Source: a virus (lineage: Duplodnaviria > Caudoviricetes). From it: DNA of 64,000 nucleotides. The DNA is taken from positions 32,001 to 96,000 of IMG/VR virus record IMGVR_UViG_3300029305_002995; one strand, written 5' to 3'. Shown here piece after piece: positions 1 through 10,456 of the stretch; positions within the stretch are counted from its first letter, which is position 1; each line of letters opens with the position of its first letter. Below the pieces are notes generated by a model, which was not told where the DNA came from, did no database searches, and was given only the letters and a program-made list of their open reading frames with translations. Position numbers and translations under genes: made by a program.

Positions 1-178
1 GCTTGGCACAGGATTGTCGTATAACAATATAAAGTTACTTAGATTTTCCCTGTTAGCATAGTTTTTCATCGTCATTTCCTACGATTACAATAGCAAACTA
101 CACACCCTATATTTATAGGTTCACAGTATTTTCGATATGTATTACTACATAAAGGAGCTAATTAAAGACCGTTAGTTA
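1..178 (-). mobile_element. Group I intron (5' part; runs off the window) in a probable major tail protein gene
   Basis: 1-150 is nearly identical to the 5' half of RNAP intron 2 (~15252-15405). P1 helix GAGTTAA/TTAGCTC places a U.G pair at the splice site after nt 179. Confidence 0.85.
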
Positions 179-200
179 ACTCATTTTTATTAAAAGCCAT
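179..200 (-). CDS. Exon 1 (MAFNKNE..) of an intron-split gene, probably major tail protein
   Basis: Strong AGGAGG RBS and ATG at 200. The frame stops inside the intron. It lies downstream of the neck genes. Confidence 0.6.
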
Positions 201-252
201 AATTGTTTCCTCCTTAAAAATAATAAAAACCCATGCTAATCAGCATAGGTTT

Positions 253-1122
253 TTAAATCTCTCCTGCCCATTCTAAACGTGTTCTATCCACGCCTTTTAA
301 GCTGGAGAATCCAGAATACGCACCTTGCAAAAGGAGTTCCGCATCCTGTATTTTACCAACACGTTTGATATTATCTAAAAACGCATTGATAGTCATATTA
401 TATATCTTATTATCTCCACATAAACCACACTTTACAGTTAATGCAGAAACTAATGGTTTTAACATACTTTTGTATGGTTGTCTTGATTGAGCCATAGCTT
501 CGTCCCTTGCATCGTCAATTAAATCCATTTTGGTCTTTTCGTTTGCAGGAAGTTCACTATTTCTTTTAAAATAATGTATTTGACGAACTGCATCTACCAT
601 TCTGGTATATACAGCTCTGTCAATTTTTACATCATTTACCACATCATATAATTCTGGTTGCTGTGTTTGGTTGTTGAAAAAACCTTGAAAGTCAGCTAAA
701 TCCAATGGCTCAAACACACCTTCGGCATTTTTCTTTTTTAAAGTTAATGCTAAAGGATTAAAATACATAGCATCTATATCTTCTTGTGACGTTAAATTTG
801 CCAATTCTTGTTTGTATTCTTCGGGATTAGACAACCATTTATCATATAATCGTTTCTTGCTTGAAACTAAATGAGATATAAACTTAATGAATAAATCAAA
901 ATCTTCAATTTGTGTATAATCAATATTTGAATAATCCCAAAGTTGCCACTTAAAATCAGCACCAACACCACAAAGATTATGTACAGCATTAAAATATTTA
1001 CGTTCTCCAAAATCTATGATTTGGTCTATTGTTGGTTGGACAACCATAATTTTAGGAGTAATGAATATATCTTTACCCCTGTAAATTTTCATTTCATCAA
1101 ATTCATACATTACAAAATTCAC
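253..1122 (-). CDS. Phage morphogenesis-region protein (SPbeta yom-like), function unknown
   Basis: 289-aa ORF in the tightly packed late operon. Confidence 0.6.
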   Translation of the reverse strand: MNFVMYEFDEMKIYRGKDIFITPKIMVVQPTIDQIIDFGERKYFNAVHNLCGVGADFKWQLWDYSNIDYTQIEDFDLFIKFISHLVSSKKRLYDKWLSNPEEYKQELANLTSQEDIDAMYFNPLALTLKKKNAEGVFEPLDLADFQGFFNNQTQQPELYDVVNDVKIDRAVYTRMVDAVRQIHYFKRNSELPANEKTKMDLIDDARDEAMAQSRQPYKSMLKPLVSALTVKCGLCGDNKIYNMTINAFLDNIKRVGKIQDAELLLQGAYSGFSSLKGVDRTRLEWAGEI

Positions 1123-1124
1123 AC

Positions 1125-1619
1125 CTATTCATCTTCTCGACACATTGATTTATTAAGGTCTGTACCTTCAAAAATTAATTGTCTATATAAGTAGTCTGAC
1201 TGATATGCACCTTCGATATTTTGAATTAACTTCATTTCACCAATGCCATATCCAGATTGTCCATTGATTTTTTTATCAATTAGCTTAGATAAATAATCAT
1301 TACGGTTATCTGTAACCTTTGGTATATTATCCACAACCATGTGTTTTTGATGTGAAATAACCCAAATCTCAATACGAGGTTTTACAAAAGTCTGGTCTGC
1401 TTCATAGAATGAATGAGGAATTTGTACTTGAATTGTAATGAAAGTACCTGCGGTTTCTAATGTATATGGATTTTGATGGTAAGTAAAAATATGAGTATTA
1501 ATTAATTTTTCTGGTAAAGTTACGGAATCACTATCAATCGCTTGAATGATTTCTGGGTCTTTGATAAATTCTCTGACAATTCTATTTTTGGCAATACCTA
1601 TAATAGAACTATGAGACAT
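1125..1619 (-). CDS. Putative tail completion/terminator protein
   Basis: Size and position after the head-closure-like gene. Confidence 0.45.
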   Translation of the reverse strand: MSHSSIIGIAKNRIVREFIKDPEIIQAIDSDSVTLPEKLINTHIFTYHQNPYTLETAGTFITIQVQIPHSFYEADQTFVKPRIEIWVISHQKHMVVDNIPKVTDNRNDYLSKLIDKKINGQSGYGIGEMKLIQNIEGAYQSDYLYRQLIFEGTDLNKSMCREDE

Positions 1620-1620
1620 A

Positions 1621-2670
1621 TTAAATTAACGACTCGATTCTAATAATCAAATTAGACGAATAATTACCATCTAAATCAGTTAAAACCAATTTAAATTCCT
1701 CATCTATATAGTTATCATTATCGATACCTATTTTAATTTGATTATCTACTTCTTGTACAATTAAATCATCTTGGAAATCACAAACAATTTCCCATTTAGG
1801 AATAATTCCTGTAATCTCTTTGCCATACTTATCATAGAATGTCGCATCAAAAACCTGTAAATCGCCACCAGATTTAATAATCTTAGAATCAAAAGATATA
1901 ACTGATTTAGCAACATACTTTTTATCAGCATTATTTGTTTTTACATCTTTTGGATAGATATAATCGCAAATTCCTAAATCAATTCTATCTGTTTCGCTAT
2001 TAATTACAGTTTGCATCAAAGTTACTTTAACTAAGCCTTTTTTGCCATAAGCATAGCTTGTCGTATCATTCTGTGTTACCACATAAGGCGTAGGGCTTAT
2101 AGGATTTTTATCTAAGAAAAATCTTTGTGGACTACTAATTAAAACTGTATTTTTATCAGCAGGTAAAGTAATCATGTGCTGTGCAGTACCAATAGCAAAC
2201 AGTTTGTTTGGCTGTTCACCAGAGTTATACTGCGTTGAATTAATATTGTGACATGGGTATTCTAAAATCTCTCCATATTTATTTTGCCATTTCAAAATCC
2301 AATTACATAAAGTAAGTTTTCCTTGCCAATGAATATTATCTATATTAAAGGACTCTGTACAAATCCAGTGTTCTTCCATTTCGGAATCGTATAGAATATC
2401 ACCAACATAAACAGGCACATCCATTAAAGTTTGGAACTGTGCAGTAGCACCATTCGCATTAGAAAAAGTCCTATGATAAATACGAATATCTAACGGTTCT
2501 TTTTCGTTATACGATTTGGTTTCTAAATCCCAAACGAATATGCCAGTAGCAAAAGAAGCATCGTCTTTAAATGTTGCTTCTAACATTCGTTTGTTGTTTT
2601 GAATATTTTCATTTCTTAATGAACCACCGCAAAGATTCATTCTTTTATTGAATTTCTCCAATGAAATCAA
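1621..2670 (-). CDS. Putative head closure/neck protein
   Basis: 349 aa, beta-rich, synteny with SPbeta-like late modules. Confidence 0.5.
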   Translation of the reverse strand: MISLEKFNKRMNLCGGSLRNENIQNNKRMLEATFKDDASFATGIFVWDLETKSYNEKEPLDIRIYHRTFSNANGATAQFQTLMDVPVYVGDILYDSEMEEHWICTESFNIDNIHWQGKLTLCNWILKWQNKYGEILEYPCHNINSTQYNSGEQPNKLFAIGTAQHMITLPADKNTVLISSPQRFFLDKNPISPTPYVVTQNDTTSYAYGKKGLVKVTLMQTVINSETDRIDLGICDYIYPKDVKTNNADKKYVAKSVISFDSKIIKSGGDLQVFDATFYDKYGKEITGIIPKWEIVCDFQDDLIVQEVDNQIKIGIDNDNYIDEEFKLVLTDLDGNYSSNLIIRIESLI

Positions 2671-2697
2671 CTACGACACTTCCTTTCTACAATTTTT

Positions 2698-3207
2698 TTA
2701 ACAAAATGATTTTCTTTTTTTATAACCTGTATTCCAAGATTCACTAATTTCTCCGTTTGAAAAGCCACCCCAAGCATAACGACTAATCAGCGTTTCGTTT
2801 TCAGCTAAAAAACGAGTATGCATAGCCATTAAAGAGTTAAGAAAATTCGCAGGAGAAAAAGCATTGAAGTCTACTGAACTTAAACTTGCTTTTAATACAG
2901 AAGGAACTCTAATACAATTAGAATCGATATATTCTAAAACAGCATAATTACTTAAAATATCTATTTCTTCTATAGACAATTCTTCATTAAAACGTTCAAG
3001 TTTATCATTTCTATTATTTAAATTCTTTCTACAAACATGAAATCTTGCAATAGCTGGAACGAGATAATCATGCAACAAATCTTTTACTTCATCCACAGTC
3101 ATAATTGGAATATCATAACTTTGAAACTTCGGTAAAACATTTTCATATATTCTTTCATAAGAAGTAGGCATGATTAACACACCTCCCCTTTTATCCTTGT
3201 TATTCAA
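2698..3207 (-). CDS. Putative head-tail connector (likely start at MPTSY, ~3172)
   Basis: Helical protein two genes after the capsid gene; GGAGGTG RBS before MPTSY. Confidence 0.5.
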   Translation of the reverse strand: MNNKDKRGGVLIMPTSYERIYENVLPKFQSYDIPIMTVDEVKDLLHDYLVPAIARFHVCRKNLNNRNDKLERFNEELSIEEIDILSNYAVLEYIDSNCIRVPSVLKASLSSVDFNAFSPANFLNSLMAMHTRFLAENETLISRYAWGGFSNGEISESWNTGYKKRKSFC

Positions 3208-3799
3208 GGAAGGAAAGTAAATCTAAACCAAGCTGTTTTTCTAATGTTCTAATTACATAAACATCAGAAATATCACCGTTAGCAATTAGGGTTTTAATTT
3301 TATTGTAAACAGTTAATTTCATACTGCTTGGCATTTCTTTAATAGCCGCACAAACTTTAGCTAAATTATTTTTACTGTAACTATCTTTATTCATTACAGT
3401 TTCGTATTTAGCGTATGTACCTTTTAAACCAAGCTTATCAATTACTCTTTCGTCCATCGGTTTCAACCAAAGTTCTTTAAAGTAAGTTTTATATCCTCTC
3501 CACAGATTTTTAATAACTGCAAAGGACATCACTTCTTCATCGTCAACTTTTTTCCAAGAATACATATCTCCAGTAGTGCTATCTTTATAGCTAACATTAG
3601 AAATTAAAGATTTTACAACAATTTCATCAGAATCCTCTAATGGAACAACTTTTTTAGAACTTTCCTGTTTTTCTACATTTTCTTCTTTTACACTTTCATT
3701 AGAAACAGCAGAAGTCATAACTTCATCAGAAACAACTTCTGCTGTGCTTTTAGTTTTGCCTTTAGCCATAACTAAATCCGCCTTTCTTACGCAATTCAA
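3200..3799 (-). CDS. Hypothetical virion-assembly protein (likely start at MAKGK, ~3769)
   Basis: ORF directly after the capsid gene. Confidence 0.55.
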   Translation of the reverse strand: MNCVRKADLVMAKGKTKSTAEVVSDEVMTSAVSNESVKEENVEKQESSKKVVPLEDSDEIVVKSLISNVSYKDSTTGDMYSWKKVDDEEVMSFAVIKNLWRGYKTYFKELWLKPMDERVIDKLGLKGTYAKYETVMNKDSYSKNNLAKVCAAIKEMPSSMKLTVYNKIKTLIANGDISDVYVIRTLEKQLGLDLLSFLE

Positions 3800-3818
3800 A
3801 CTTATAGTAAATTACAGA

Positions 3819-4853
3819 TTATGCAAATCTAAACATACCAAAGTATGCAGGTAACAGCATACCCATACCCATACAGGTCTGAATCTGAACATCTACAGAC
3901 ATATCATTATATTTCTTACCAGTAGTGTCCATATCGGAACGAGTATCACCTACAAATTCAAGTTTAATAGGTTTAGAATCGCCACCCATAACGAAAATCA
4001 TATTATCGTCTAAAGCAAGTTCAAAAGTACCAGATTTTAAGGTCTGTGGGATAATCATCAGTTTGTGACCTTCCCAATCACCAATAGAACCAGTATTAGC
4101 TTTTGCTTCTCTCTGAGAATTTGCAAACATTTTGTCTGGAATGATACCAGCAACTTTACGCAAAGCACCTCTTGTACCTGCCAGAGTCAGTTCACTATAA
4201 CCACCAGCAGCCATAACTTTATCACATAAAGCACCTAAAGCTTCTTCGTCATTACCATTAGCTACAAAGTCCTGTGGAACAGCGTCTGCAACATTCTGGA
4301 ACTGAGCATACAGTCTGTCTTGAATGAATTTGTTAACAGATTTATGGATTTTATCCATCATTTTCTCTAATGGAGTAATACCTAACAAGAAACGTTCAAG
4401 TTCTTCATATACATGGATGTAGAACCATTCTCTTGGTAAGGTAATTTCTGCGCCCATTTCAAATGCCTGTCTATTGGTGTCCCAATGGTTGCCAGCAAAA
4501 GTAGCTACAGACAGTAAACCACCTTCGGAATAGAAAGCAGATTTGTCGCCCAATGCACGATTTTTAACTTCTACGAAAGCTTCAATGAAAGCAGAATTTA
4601 ATACGTTTTCGCTAATGGAAGTATTTACGATTTCTTCCATAATTTCAAACATTACTAAGTTGTTACGTCTGAAAGCCTGATACATAGTCATGCCTTTCAG
4701 ATAGTCTTTATTGATGGTGTCACGCAGGTGTTTTTCTAAGTCTCTAACAGTCAGTTTTTCTTCATCGATGTGACGAGAATATTCACCTCTTGCTAAATCC
4801 AGAGTTAAGTCGTAAACCTGCATATCATTTGCACTAAAATTAGTAATAGCCAT
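3819..4853 (-). CDS. Major capsid protein
   Basis: 344 aa, AGGAGG RBS, order portal-protease-decoration-capsid as in SPbeta-like phages. Confidence 0.8.
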   Translation of the reverse strand: MAITNFSANDMQVYDLTLDLARGEYSRHIDEEKLTVRDLEKHLRDTINKDYLKGMTMYQAFRRNNLVMFEIMEEIVNTSISENVLNSAFIEAFVEVKNRALGDKSAFYSEGGLLSVATFAGNHWDTNRQAFEMGAEITLPREWFYIHVYEELERFLLGITPLEKMMDKIHKSVNKFIQDRLYAQFQNVADAVPQDFVANGNDEEALGALCDKVMAAGGYSELTLAGTRGALRKVAGIIPDKMFANSQREAKANTGSIGDWEGHKLMIIPQTLKSGTFELALDDNMIFVMGGDSKPIKLEFVGDTRSDMDTTGKKYNDMSVDVQIQTCMGMGMLLPAYFGMFRFA

Positions 4854-4872
4854 AACTTTTACCTCCTATCTC

Positions 4873-5439
4873 TTATTTAGCCAAAGAATTAACTTTTACT
4901 TCGTAAATTTCTTTCTGAGAACCGTAAACGTGAGCTTTAGTAACCAAAGAATTGCTTACCATACGTTTTCTCATAATCTGAGCAGACATAACAGCTCCTT
5001 CGGTTTCAGAAGTAGAAGCAACTAATTTACCAGAAGCGTCAATAGTTGCATATACTGGGGTTGCAGTAAAGTCAGCAGTACCAGTAACAGTTTCACGAGA
5101 ATCAGCAGTAAAACCTTCGATAGCAGTACCAAATTCATCAGTTACTTTCATAACATATGCTCTAAATGGTACACCAGCTTCAATAATAAAAATATCTCTA
5201 CGCTGATTGGTAATGCGGCAGGTATCATAATCCCATGCAGGATTGTTAGCAACAACAACTTCTGCACCTTCTTTAGTACCTTTTACAAATTTATAGATGT
5301 TAGATTCACCTTCTGCTAAACCTTCTAAGTAGCCGAAAGTGCCATTCTCAACAGGTTCTTCGCATACAGCATCAAAAATACGTTCTGCAAAATGAACACT
5401 TCTCATATTCACAGACTCAAACACATTGTAAATAGCCAT
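4873..5439 (-). CDS. Head decoration/capsid-associated protein
   Basis: VENG-containing N-terminus, located between protease and capsid genes. Confidence 0.6.
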   Translation of the reverse strand: MAIYNVFESVNMRSVHFAERIFDAVCEEPVENGTFGYLEGLAEGESNIYKFVKGTKEGAEVVVANNPAWDYDTCRITNQRRDIFIIEAGVPFRAYVMKVTDEFGTAIEGFTADSRETVTGTADFTATPVYATIDASGKLVASTSETEGAVMSAQIMRKRMVSNSLVTKAHVYGSQKEIYEVKVNSLAK

Positions 5440-5514
5440 GTTGTTTTCCTCCTTAAAAAATCACATAAAAAAAGACCGCCTAAAGCAGTCAATGTAGTAT
5501 TTAAAATTTATCTT

Positions 5515-7086
5515 TTATTTACTTTTTCTGATATTACCGTATTTGGTCTGAACAAACATATCGCCATTGTCAATATTTTCATCCATAATTCCAAGTACAC
5601 CAGAATTGTTCTGTCTACTAAAATTGGTTTTATGTACTCTATTTTCTTTTACATAAAGCAGAGCGCATTTATTCTCAATTTCTTCAACAGACATTTCAGC
5701 TTTGTTAGCTTTAATAGCGGCAAATTCTTCGTTATTACCTAAATCTAAAGCATAATCAGAAATAATAGCATCTTTACGAGCATTTAATTCAATTTCAGCT
5801 TTTTCTTCTTCTGCTTTAACATAAGCATCATATTTAGGTTTCATTTCTTCAAAATCTGCTTTCACAGTTGCGTAATTAGTCTGTGCTGTTTCCAATTCAT
5901 TTCTAACACCTTCAAGTTCGCCTTGAATTGTTGCATAATTAGTTTCAGCAGTAACCTTTTCTTCTTCTGCGGTAGAGAGTTTTGCATTTACTTCATCTAC
6001 TTTTTCAAAAGCTAACTGTTCAATTTCAGCAATGTGCTTACCGAAATCAAAACTACCTTCTGGAACTTCTGTTCCTTCTTCGTAGTTTACATACTGGATT
6101 TTCTTTCTATTGCCATTAGTAAAGTCAATTTCGGGTTTATCGCCATTGATAGTGAATGGGAAACCATAATGACAGTAATTGTTCTTTCTGTCTACAACAA
6201 TCACTTCGTCATCTTGAATATCCTGCAAATAGAAGCGAGGACAAGTGCCACAACCCCACGCACTTTCCATAACTTCTTGCTGACTCACTAAATTGGAAAT
6301 ATCAGAGAAAAGTTCCATAACAGTCTGTCCAAAGTCTGTAGCTGGCATGATTCCAATACCTCCTTGATTAGATTTTTCATTCACCATCTTGGTGAAAAGA
6401 TTTAAGTTTTCACACAATTCATTTTGCATTTCTTTTACAAAATCTGTCATTGTGAATTGAACTTCAACAGTAGAGTTCATCATAGCTGGTTCATAAGATT
6501 CTCCAAGAATACAAGCAGCTCTAAAAGAAAATCGTGTAAAATGGAATATACCATCTTCATCTTCATAACCGTCATAATCTTCTAAGTCTTTGTCTTGTAA
6601 TTCCATAGAATGATTTTTGATTATATCTCTATCCATAATAGAAGAACTATCTTCAAACATTCTCCACATTAAACCATCTACAACTAAAAATGTACGTTCA
6701 ACTCCATCGTCACATACACGTTGTTCGTAATGAGCATTATTATCTGCGGAACTCATTACAACACCGTATGCTGAACCAACATATTTTTTATAAACGCCAT
6801 TTTCATTTTTTGACAAAATATAATGATGGTCTGAAAAATCTTTCTCACCTAACGAGTCAGCTTTAATAAAGCCCACAATAGGAATATAGCCAAGTGTAGG
6901 AATTGCTTCATCTACAACTTCTTTTTCAAATACACTACCATTAAAATTCTGCCCAAGGTGCATCAACCACACCTTAACTTTAATAAATCTTTTATCTTCA
7001 ACTGCATATTCTTCTGATGTTTTTTCAAACATAACAGGGTAAGATAATGCAGATTTTTTAATTTTAACATCTGACATTGTTATCAC
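5515..7086 (-). CDS. Prohead protease with coiled-coil scaffold C-terminus
   Basis: HLGQNFNGS, HSMEL and ACILG..PAM protease-like motifs followed by a long acidic coiled coil. Confidence 0.8.
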   Translation of the reverse strand: MITMSDVKIKKSALSYPVMFEKTSEEYAVEDKRFIKVKVWLMHLGQNFNGSVFEKEVVDEAIPTLGYIPIVGFIKADSLGEKDFSDHHYILSKNENGVYKKYVGSAYGVVMSSADNNAHYEQRVCDDGVERTFLVVDGLMWRMFEDSSSIMDRDIIKNHSMELQDKDLEDYDGYEDEDGIFHFTRFSFRAACILGESYEPAMMNSTVEVQFTMTDFVKEMQNELCENLNLFTKMVNEKSNQGGIGIMPATDFGQTVMELFSDISNLVSQQEVMESAWGCGTCPRFYLQDIQDDEVIVVDRKNNYCHYGFPFTINGDKPEIDFTNGNRKKIQYVNYEEGTEVPEGSFDFGKHIAEIEQLAFEKVDEVNAKLSTAEEEKVTAETNYATIQGELEGVRNELETAQTNYATVKADFEEMKPKYDAYVKAEEEKAEIELNARKDAIISDYALDLGNNEEFAAIKANKAEMSVEEIENKCALLYVKENRVHKTNFSRQNNSGVLGIMDENIDNGDMFVQTKYGNIRKSK

Positions 7087-7088
7087 CC

Positions 7089-8648
7089 CTATCTGTCATT
7101 CTTTTCATTATCAGCAGTCTTTTGACCTTCTTCTGATAGAGTTTTGCCCTTGTCAGCATTTGTTGGTCTACCAGACTCACTACTGGTTGTTTCGACTGTG
7201 TTTCCGTTATATGAAGATGATAATGGAATGAAATTATTATGATAATCGAATACATCTTTATGAAGAATATAAGAACCTAATACACATGAAGGAGTCATAT
7301 CTAAAGTGGCAAGCCATTTATCAATAACTGTTGCCCCTAATGTGCAAGCTTCTTTATATCGTTTTGACACCGTATCTCTATTGAAAATAGTGGTATCTAA
7401 TAAATAGAATCTGAACTTATATCCTGTTTTATTAAATCTTCTTAGCTTAATATATCTGTTTGCCCAACGTTCTAATTGTCTGTAAACAAAATATATGAAA
7501 CCAGAATCGTTCTCTACAGAAAATGTTACCGCAGTACCAGAAGATGAACCATTAAAATACTCCTTTGTTGCACCAGAAGAATTGTAAATTTCATCTATTG
7601 CGTCCGAAACATTATTACGAGTATTAGTAGAATCTTTAAAGCTAACAGCTTCACCATCAGCACCTAAAGTATGAATGATACCAATGTCGTCACTCATAGC
7701 TTCTCGGTTAATGTGAGCAAAAGCTAATAATGTTTTTGGAGTCAGCAAAGGTTTATCGATTGTAGTTTCATCAATAGGAACTTTAATCATAATCGCTTTA
7801 TAGTTATCTGTTCTGGCAGACTGCAATTTTAATTTTTTATAAGTATCTAAGTCAAAAATATCTCTAATTAACCCGATAAGAATTGGGTAAGGATAAATCC
7901 ATTGACTATTCATTTTTACACAAATTTGTTTATCTGCTGGTGGTAAATACCATCGTTGTCCTTTGTTTTCACAATAATCCATATATGCTTTTTGAACATA
8001 ATCTGGATAAGCAGTTAATTGTTTTGGACTAATTGCAGGTAAATTGATTTTAAAGTTATACAATCCATCTTGAACTTGATATAACTCACATACTTGCAAA
8101 TCCAATTTCTGAATAAAGAAATCAGAACTGCTTTCTACAACTAAGCCACAATATATATCTTGATATGGTAAATAACGTAAAATCTTAGCAAATTCATGTT
8201 TAAGATTCATATTTTCAAATCGTGCTGCTAATGTAGTATAAGACTTTTTAATTGTTTCAGCGTTAACATTTTCTTTTACATCGAATAAATCAATACCCCA
8301 TTGGAATAAACCCATATTGGCATATAACATATTTAATCTATAGTAATGCGGTGACACCCTCATAAGATATTCAGAAGCCCTTAACAAAACACGCCATCCT
8401 ATTTTGGGATTAGCTAAAGCACTATAAACATCTTCAATTTTAATTTCTCCCAAACAACCTGTATCTAATACATTCGTATTGGTACAAATATCTGAAACCA
8501 TCAAACGTCTAAAAGTAGTTAAATCTACTTCTTCATTATTTTTTATAGCATTATTAAAAACATTTTCATCTTTTTCAAAATCTGATTTTGTATAGATAGG
8601 AATATATTTTACTTTCTTCTCTTTAGAAAGTTTTACTTTTGTAGCCAT
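7089..8648 (-). CDS. Portal protein
   Basis: 519 aa directly after terminase; C-terminal GRP motif. Confidence 0.75.
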   Translation of the reverse strand: MATKVKLSKEKKVKYIPIYTKSDFEKDENVFNNAIKNNEEVDLTTFRRLMVSDICTNTNVLDTGCLGEIKIEDVYSALANPKIGWRVLLRASEYLMRVSPHYYRLNMLYANMGLFQWGIDLFDVKENVNAETIKKSYTTLAARFENMNLKHEFAKILRYLPYQDIYCGLVVESSSDFFIQKLDLQVCELYQVQDGLYNFKINLPAISPKQLTAYPDYVQKAYMDYCENKGQRWYLPPADKQICVKMNSQWIYPYPILIGLIRDIFDLDTYKKLKLQSARTDNYKAIMIKVPIDETTIDKPLLTPKTLLAFAHINREAMSDDIGIIHTLGADGEAVSFKDSTNTRNNVSDAIDEIYNSSGATKEYFNGSSSGTAVTFSVENDSGFIYFVYRQLERWANRYIKLRRFNKTGYKFRFYLLDTTIFNRDTVSKRYKEACTLGATVIDKWLATLDMTPSCVLGSYILHKDVFDYHNNFIPLSSSYNGNTVETTSSESGRPTNADKGKTLSEEGQKTADNEKNDR

Positions 8649-8674
8649 TTTTCATCCTCACCCCCTATCTGTTC

Positions 8675-10456
8675 TTAGTACATATTCGGTCTTTTATTAA
8701 TTTTTCTAAACTGATTCACATAATCATTTATATCAAAATCGGTTTTAGGTTTACGCAATAATTCTCTTTCCAATTGACACTGAACCCAATAATTGTAAGC
8801 TAAAGAACTATATCTGTCTTTTCGCATCCCACTTTTTTCAGTGACTTTTACATTCGTACCTTTAATTTCATGTTCAAGACTAATTAATTCATATACCAAC
8901 AATGTAGTTTGAATGAATGGTAATTTATACTGAACCTGTTCGAATGGCATCATTTTACTAAAACCTTTAATCTTTTCTTTTAATATTTCTTCTGCTTCAA
9001 ATTCAGAAACTAAAAGATTGATTTTTCCATTTTGAAAACCTGTTCTAAGTAAAATACACGCTTCGGTATTAAATGTAGCATTAGCCTTAATAGACCAAAT
9101 CACTTGTGGCGCATTTGGCACTTTACAACGTTCAGCCATAACTTTGTCATTACGGCAAGATAAAGCTGGATATACTTCACCTGTTTCTGGGTCAAACATA
9201 TCTTGCATGATAGCATCAGCTACGCCAAGACCAATACCATTCGTATCTAAAACAAGGTCTGTACATTTATATCGTTTATATAATCTGCGAACAATTAATG
9301 CCAATTCTTCTGTTCTTAAACCTTCGAAGTTTTCTAAGTACACAATATTAGAAACATAGCTATCATTATTGGTGGGAATTGCACTATTAATAATAATAGA
9401 ACTTGCGTCATTTTTATTTTTCTTAGAAGCCATAAGCGCAATATCGACCGATAATATACGCCTTTCATTGGTTACTAACTCTGGTATTCTAATACCTTTA
9501 TCTATATCTATTAATGCTGGTGGATAAAATGGTGTTTTTAATTTTCTTCTTTGCGATATATCGTCAAATGAGAAGAAAGCACCATCAGTATCACCATAAA
9601 ATAGACAACCCATTTCAACAGTCCAAGTAACTTCATCAAAGTCATCTTCTGACATTTCATCTTCTACTTGTTCTCTTGAAAGTAATTTTTCAAATACTGA
9701 AATTTGATAAGGTAAACCGCAGATAAAATATTTCTTTGAATCATCTAAGAAATTCACTGTATATGCTTTAGCCTTGTCAAATGACCAGTGCGATTTAAGC
9801 CATGCAGAACTCATATAGATTTCTTTATTTCGTTCTGTTAAATGTTGATATTCTGGTTTACTTAAATACATAGGCTGACGTGGAGCAGTTAAATATTTTC
9901 TAAGTACCGTATCAATAATCTTTTTATCTACCATACGATACTCGTCACATACTAAAACATTTCCTCTAAAACCACGACCTGTATCTGATGCAGTAACTAC
10001 TTTAATCCAAGAACCGTTTTTAAACGCAACGACAGCTTTATTAAGACCTACAGAAGTTTCTTTCATATCTATTTCACGTTTAAGATTTTCTGAACCCCAT
10101 CCGTAGTTCTTAATTAAATCTTCCATAATTTTTTGAAGAACTTCATTGCCTTGTGTTCGAGTTGCTGATGCAACTACAATTTTAGTCTTAGGATATAGAA
10201 TACATCGAACTACACAAAATACCGCAGTTAGATATGTCTTTCCTTGACCCCTTGCGGCAAGATACATTATGTAGTTGTTATGCATCATTGCAAAAATAAG
10301 AATCTTTTGAAATAGTCTTAAATTTATATTTAAATAATCCTTACAAAAACGATGTGGATTTTCTCTGTAAAAACCACACCATTTAGCAACACCTTGTAAA
10401 ATCTTTTGAGATTTTTCTAAAGCAATTTCTTTTTCTGACTTCTTAGGTTTAGCCAT
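8675..10456 (-). CDS. terL: Terminase large subunit
   Basis: Walker A AARGQGKT, Walker B LVCDE, nuclease motifs SVDIA, DTNGIG, KDRYSSL. Confidence 0.92.
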   Translation of the reverse strand: MAKPKKSEKEIALEKSQKILQGVAKWCGFYRENPHRFCKDYLNINLRLFQKILIFAMMHNNYIMYLAARGQGKTYLTAVFCVVRCILYPKTKIVVASATRTQGNEVLQKIMEDLIKNYGWGSENLKREIDMKETSVGLNKAVVAFKNGSWIKVVTASDTGRGFRGNVLVCDEYRMVDKKIIDTVLRKYLTAPRQPMYLSKPEYQHLTERNKEIYMSSAWLKSHWSFDKAKAYTVNFLDDSKKYFICGLPYQISVFEKLLSREQVEDEMSEDDFDEVTWTVEMGCLFYGDTDGAFFSFDDISQRRKLKTPFYPPALIDIDKGIRIPELVTNERRILSVDIALMASKKNKNDASSIIINSAIPTNNDSYVSNIVYLENFEGLRTEELALIVRRLYKRYKCTDLVLDTNGIGLGVADAIMQDMFDPETGEVYPALSCRNDKVMAERCKVPNAPQVIWSIKANATFNTEACILLRTGFQNGKINLLVSEFEAEEILKEKIKGFSKMMPFEQVQYKLPFIQTTLLVYELISLEHEIKGTNVKVTEKSGMRKDRYSSLAYNYWVQCQLERELLRKPKTDFDINDYVNQFRKINKRPNMY

